Shown: piece by piece, positions 60,480 through 64,000 of the stretch
Position numbering within the stretch: the first letter of the stretch is position 1
Layout of the letters: the number at the start of each line of letters is the position of its first letter
DNA from: Terriglobia bacterium
GTDB taxonomy: Bacteria; Acidobacteriota; Terriglobia; Acidiferrales; UBA7541
Assembly (NCBI GenBank): GCA_963695545.1
Contig: OY968796.1
Location: forward strand, 1,632,001-1,696,000
Length of the DNA: 64,000 nucleotides
Direction: 5' to 3'
Program-made: the position numbers and the translations under genes
The notes under the pieces: model-generated
Told to the model about the DNA's origin: nothing
Seen by the model: the letters and a program-made list of their open reading frames with translations, nothing else
The model's database searches: none

Positions 60480-61028
60480 ATGCTGCCTAAACCAACTCCG
60501 AATGCGACGCGCTTGCGATCAGGAGCGGCCTTGCATGACGAGCGGCGCCGATTCGCGCGGTATGCCATCTCGGCGGTCGCGCAAATCGCAGATCCGCGTT
60601 CGGGTGCCCGGTTGACTGCGCGGGTATCCGATCTCGGATGGGGCGGCTGCTACGTTGACACGCTCGCACCGTTACCCGTGGGAACCCAGGTCCACGTCAG
60701 CTTGCGCAAAGAGAAGTCGGCGATCGAATTAACCGGGAAGATCGTCTATGCGAATCCCGGCCTTGGAATGGGAATCGCGTTCGTTGGCGCGGCGGCCGAA
60801 CACAAGGAGGCGCTAAAGAAGTGGTTGAACAGCCTTTCCCAAGGTCAGCCATCCGGCGATTCGATTCGAACGCCCGTCCCAGCCGCGCGACGAACCCCCA
60901 CCGCTACCGCTGGCCCGGACGACGCGCGTTCCTGCGTCGCAAGGCTCGTGCATTTGCTCGTCGCAAAAGGCCTACTGACCGAAGACGATGCCGAGATGAT
61001 TCTTAACAAGCGACCGTCCGTTCTCTAG
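60480..61028 (+). CDS. PilZ domain protein
   Basis: ERRRFAR, SDLGWGGCYVDT..PLP.GT, GMGIAF, C-terminal LV.LL..KGLL. Confidence 0.85.
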   Translation: MLPKPTPNATRLRSGAALHDERRRFARYAISAVAQIADPRSGARLTARVSDLGWGGCYVDTLAPLPVGTQVHVSLRKEKSAIELTGKIVYANPGLGMGIAFVGAAAEHKEALKKWLNSLSQGQPSGDSIRTPVPAARRTPTATAGPDDARSCVARLVHLLVAKGLLTEDDAEMILNKRPSVL

Positions 61029-61287
61029 TCCGCACTCGCCATCGCGAGGGTTCGGGAGCGTTCCCTATCCATTCGCAGCCTTCGTTGATGCTGCCGCTCG
61101 GCGGGACGCTGCGCTTCTTGTTGCGACTTCTCACATCTTGGCTTGACGGGAAGATGGCTCGATCGAGCGGGCAGCGGACCCAGCTCTTAGTTGAGGCCGC
61201 CTGCTGATAGGATGTAGTTTCGGCGTTCAAGTATCCCGGCGGGAAAGTCGTCGTCGCGGGGCAACCGGAGCTTTGAGAAGTTGCTGG

Positions 61288-62532
61288 CTATCTCGTGCGC
61301 CATCCATATAGTCGGGCCAGCCGCAGCGGGCGCAGAACTGCGTAGAGACTCCCAAAATGCTTCCCTACGGGGTTCTCTTTGCGGTCCGACTCGGTCGAAA
61401 CAGTGGCGAGGCGAATTGCGTAGCGCAGACCGTCGCCAGTCCGTCCGCGCACGCGAACGCGAAAACTGAAACGCTTCAAAACTCCGAGTTCCGGTCGTCG
61501 TAGTGCAAAGAGTCGGCGACAGACTTGTCCACTGAGCTGTCGCACCACCGGGTCGCGATCGAGATGGGATAAGACTGTCTCCGGTAGAGGCGCGCCGAGC
61601 ACTACCCGGCTAAGGTCGGCGGCAAGAAATACCATCCGCTCGACGCCAAGGCTTCGAGCGCGTCTGATCACCGATTCCCAGTCAAATCCTCCAGGAGTTT
61701 CTACTAGTGCGGCAATGTCCGCAATCCAACCAAGCCGATTCCAGAAGTGTTTGGAGCCGTGCACGGAGAGAAGAATAATCAAATCTTCGGCGCAAAATGT
61801 CTGCGCTTTGCCACCTGCCAACAGAATCGTTTGTCTGCGTCCGAGAAAAGCCTCCACATCCAGCCTTCGTGGGAAGTATCGCAGCGTCGCTTCGCTATGG
61901 ATTTCGACGTACACACTGCGTGCTTCGCTGTAGTATGCGTACTGGCCGGGAACCGGCCCACCGGCGCTCACAGATCTCCGTATTTCTTTCTCATCAAGCT
62001 CCGAGGCATAGCCTCGGCCCGTCAATGCCCGATGCGCCTCGAAGATCTCGCAATGTGGCACCATCAAGTCGAGGTCGGCGAATTGTCGCAGCGCGATATC
62101 GCCATGCGCCTGGGCCGCGAGCACAGGCCCTTTATAGGGCGTGGCTCGCACGCCCCGGGCGGTGAGCGCCGAGAGCACGCGGAACAATTCAGAAGTTAGA
62201 AACAGATTTCTGTGGACGTTGCATCTGAATGCGTCGCGGAAACAGTCACGCCAGAGGTGTGGAATGGCGGAACGAACCACGTCATCGAGGCGCCGACAAA
62301 CGCACGGGGCCACGCCATGCTCGGCCGCCGCCGCAAGCAGCTCGCCCCAATTCACGCCGCGCTCGGCGAGCGTTCGCAATTCCGCGGTCGCGGAGTCGTC
62401 GAGTTGCGGGCGCGCACAAAGCAACAGTAGGGAAGGGATCGCCGTGGTCGCGTACGGATCGCTCGCCGCCGGCTTCTCCCCTAAGGTCCTGGGCGCGCGT
62501 GAAGACACCAACCTGTGCCGATCCGAACTCAC
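61288..62532 (-). CDS. Nucleotidyltransferase family protein (NTP_transf_5-like)
   Basis: A.EHGV, YKGP.LA...G....R...DLDL.V, VEIH, HG.KH.W.RL.W..D; GTGA overlap with rSAM stop. Confidence 0.85.
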   Translation of the reverse strand: MSSDRHRLVSSRAPRTLGEKPAASDPYATTAIPSLLLLCARPQLDDSATAELRTLAERGVNWGELLAAAAEHGVAPCVCRRLDDVVRSAIPHLWRDCFRDAFRCNVHRNLFLTSELFRVLSALTARGVRATPYKGPVLAAQAHGDIALRQFADLDLMVPHCEIFEAHRALTGRGYASELDEKEIRRSVSAGGPVPGQYAYYSEARSVYVEIHSEATLRYFPRRLDVEAFLGRRQTILLAGGKAQTFCAEDLIILLSVHGSKHFWNRLGWIADIAALVETPGGFDWESVIRRARSLGVERMVFLAADLSRVVLGAPLPETVLSHLDRDPVVRQLSGQVCRRLFALRRPELGVLKRFSFRVRVRGRTGDGLRYAIRLATVSTESDRKENPVGKHFGSLYAVLRPLRLARLYGWRTR

Positions 62533-63671
62533 GACCCTATCTGGTCCGCAGCGGCCGGATTACAAGACGACACAATGGGCGCCACCGACACGACCTGGAT
62601 TTGTACCAAGCCTGCGGCTGATCGGGTCCTGGATAACAAATTCTTTGATGGAATCCCCGTCCGCACAAAGGATTTCTCGCAATCTTGCGAAGATGGACCG
62701 CGCATGTTCCCTTCCATGTAGGCCAATCCTGGACATCGAGTACAACTCACGCCATGAACGCATTGCGAGCAACTCGGCAGTTCCCGCAGCGTGATACGGC
62801 GAACCTCCTTTAACTGTTCGGAATGGCGCCATATCTCAAGAAAGGAATTGTGCCTCACGTTGCCACTGGGGAGAGGAAATTGGACGCAGGGAAAGACATC
62901 GCCATAAGGCGAAACGTAACACGCGGTGTGGCCGGCGCTGCACGGCAGGCCGCTCAAGTCATCTTCGTCCGGCTCCTTCGGTGGACCACAGAATTCGTCC
63001 ACGCTGCCAACTAGCGATTCATCTTGAAACACCTTTCTCAGAGCTGTCGGATCGACATTCAAGTTCAAGATTGAACGATCGCCATCCATCTTCGGCGTGA
63101 TCGTGGGGTCGATCGTAAATACGACGCCGAGTTCCGCGGCGAGCGCCCTAACTCCCGGGTAATCCTGAACGTTTTGCAGCATCAACACGTCTGCAATCGT
63201 CACTTTCAAACCGTGAGCCTTGAGCAGCCGGATCGCCTCCAACGATCGCTTGAGAGAACCCGGAACCTTCGTAATGGAGTCGTGAACCTCCGGGCGATGC
63301 GAGTAAATGCTGATCTGGACCGACTGCACTGCCAGTGAGCGGATACGTTCCGCCTGGCGCTCGCGGATCAGAACTGCATTGGTTTTGAGCTTCACGCAAA
63401 ACAGCAAAGCGCGGGCATGTTCCAATATTTCAAAAAAATCCTTCCGCAGCAGAATCTCACCGCCACTCATGGTCAGGAAGAGCACGCCGGCCCTTGCCAA
63501 TTCGTCTAGAAGTTTCTTGATCTCTGTCGTGGTCATCTCGCCGTGATCCTCATGGTCGAGGTAACAATGAACGCATTGTTCGTTGCAGCGGTAGGTCAAA
63601 TCCAGCTGCACACTGAGCGGAATCTGCAATTGGAGGGCTTTGGCGCTCATCTCTTGCAGCAGGGTGCTCAT
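62529..63671 (-). CDS. Radical SAM/SPASM domain protein
   Basis: CNEQCVHC, SGGE, SPASM Cys set CSAG..C..SP.GDV.PC...CSQC.....C..C...C. Confidence 0.93.
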   Translation of the reverse strand: MSTLLQEMSAKALQLQIPLSVQLDLTYRCNEQCVHCYLDHEDHGEMTTTEIKKLLDELARAGVLFLTMSGGEILLRKDFFEILEHARALLFCVKLKTNAVLIRERQAERIRSLAVQSVQISIYSHRPEVHDSITKVPGSLKRSLEAIRLLKAHGLKVTIADVLMLQNVQDYPGVRALAAELGVVFTIDPTITPKMDGDRSILNLNVDPTALRKVFQDESLVGSVDEFCGPPKEPDEDDLSGLPCSAGHTACYVSPYGDVFPCVQFPLPSGNVRHNSFLEIWRHSEQLKEVRRITLRELPSCSQCVHGVSCTRCPGLAYMEGNMRGPSSQDCEKSFVRTGIPSKNLLSRTRSAAGLVQIQVVSVAPIVSSCNPAAADQIGS

Positions 63672-63985
63672 TTCGACTCCTGCCCCGGTGATGAGGGCCC
63701 GAACGGTTCGTCTGAGAGCAACAAAATCCCGTGCTCGGCAAGTCCATCGGCCAGCGCGTTTGCATCTCGCAAGGCTTCAGCTAGGTCGACTTCGAACTCC
63801 GGGAAGATCTTACATTTCACAATCTCGTCCAGCGCCATAGATCCGTCCGCGGCTTCCCAAATGAGCGTCGCCACTTCGTTCAACGTGAATAACGTCGAAT
63901 CCCGGCCGGACATGATCATCATTTCATCGCCCAGACGGCGCGCCGCGATCTCAGAACTCCGCGCTACATACCGCTTGTTGCTCAC
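63668..63985 (-). CDS. PqqD family RiPP recognition element
   Basis: IAARRLGDEMMI, LFTLNEVAT.IWE..DG, F.V...A..D...L...L...G.L; GTG start overlapping an upstream stop. Confidence 0.88.
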   Translation of the reverse strand: MSNKRYVARSSEIAARRLGDEMMIMSGRDSTLFTLNEVATLIWEAADGSMALDEIVKCKIFPEFEVDLAEALRDANALADGLAEHGILLLSDEPFGPSSPGQESK

Positions 63986-64000
63986 GCGATGAACTCCCAC
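63982..64000 (-). CDS. C-terminal end (...WEFIA*) of an upstream gene of the same operon, partial
   Basis: TGA at 63984-63982 overlaps the PqqD GTG start; only five codons are visible. Confidence 0.4.

Noticed and set aside
61003..61230. 75-aa ORF as the RiPP precursor
   Set aside because: TTG start without a clear RBS, overlaps the convergent PilZ stop, no leader/core pattern; the precursor is more likely beyond the window edge
62529..63985. PQQ biosynthesis (pqqD/pqqE)
   Set aside because: Followed by a nucleotidyltransferase, and no pqqB/pqqC-like sequence is visible; PqqD and SPASM domains are generic RiPP parts

Overview
A GC-rich bacterial window whose gene content suggests Acidobacteriota (inference from the TPR, M48-like, PilZ and PEP-CTERM gene types, not from a marker gene). 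(1) 1-2 kb: the end of queE, queC and a secreted TPR protein. (2) About 2.1-50.1 kb: a large mosaic surface-polysaccharide locus with Wza, Wzc, Wzx, Wzy/O-antigen-ligase-like proteins, WecA, an orphan Wzm, 10 glycosyltransferases and 4 nucleotide-sugar enzymes. It also has many tailoring enzymes (9 intact methyltransferases, an acyltransferase, a carbamoyltransferase, an AsnB amidotransferase), one PEP-CTERM protein and several pseudogenes. (3) 51-54.4 kb: an M48-like protein with an altered zinc motif and a decayed, doubly deleted second copy of asnB-GT4. (4) 54.5-57.8 kb: a compact XRE-associated operon (putative annealase, SSB-like protein, Fe-S PD-(D/E)XK nuclease, unknown protein, HNH nuclease) with no integrase or virion genes. 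(5) 58.5-61 kb: three PilZ genes, one with a premature stop. (6) 61.3-64 kb: the distal end of a PqqD + radical SAM/SPASM + nucleotidyltransferase RiPP-like cluster cut by the window edge. The best candidates for an undescribed system are (4) and (6). No rRNA, tRNA or CRISPR array was seen. All calls come from reading motifs by eye; no database search was run.
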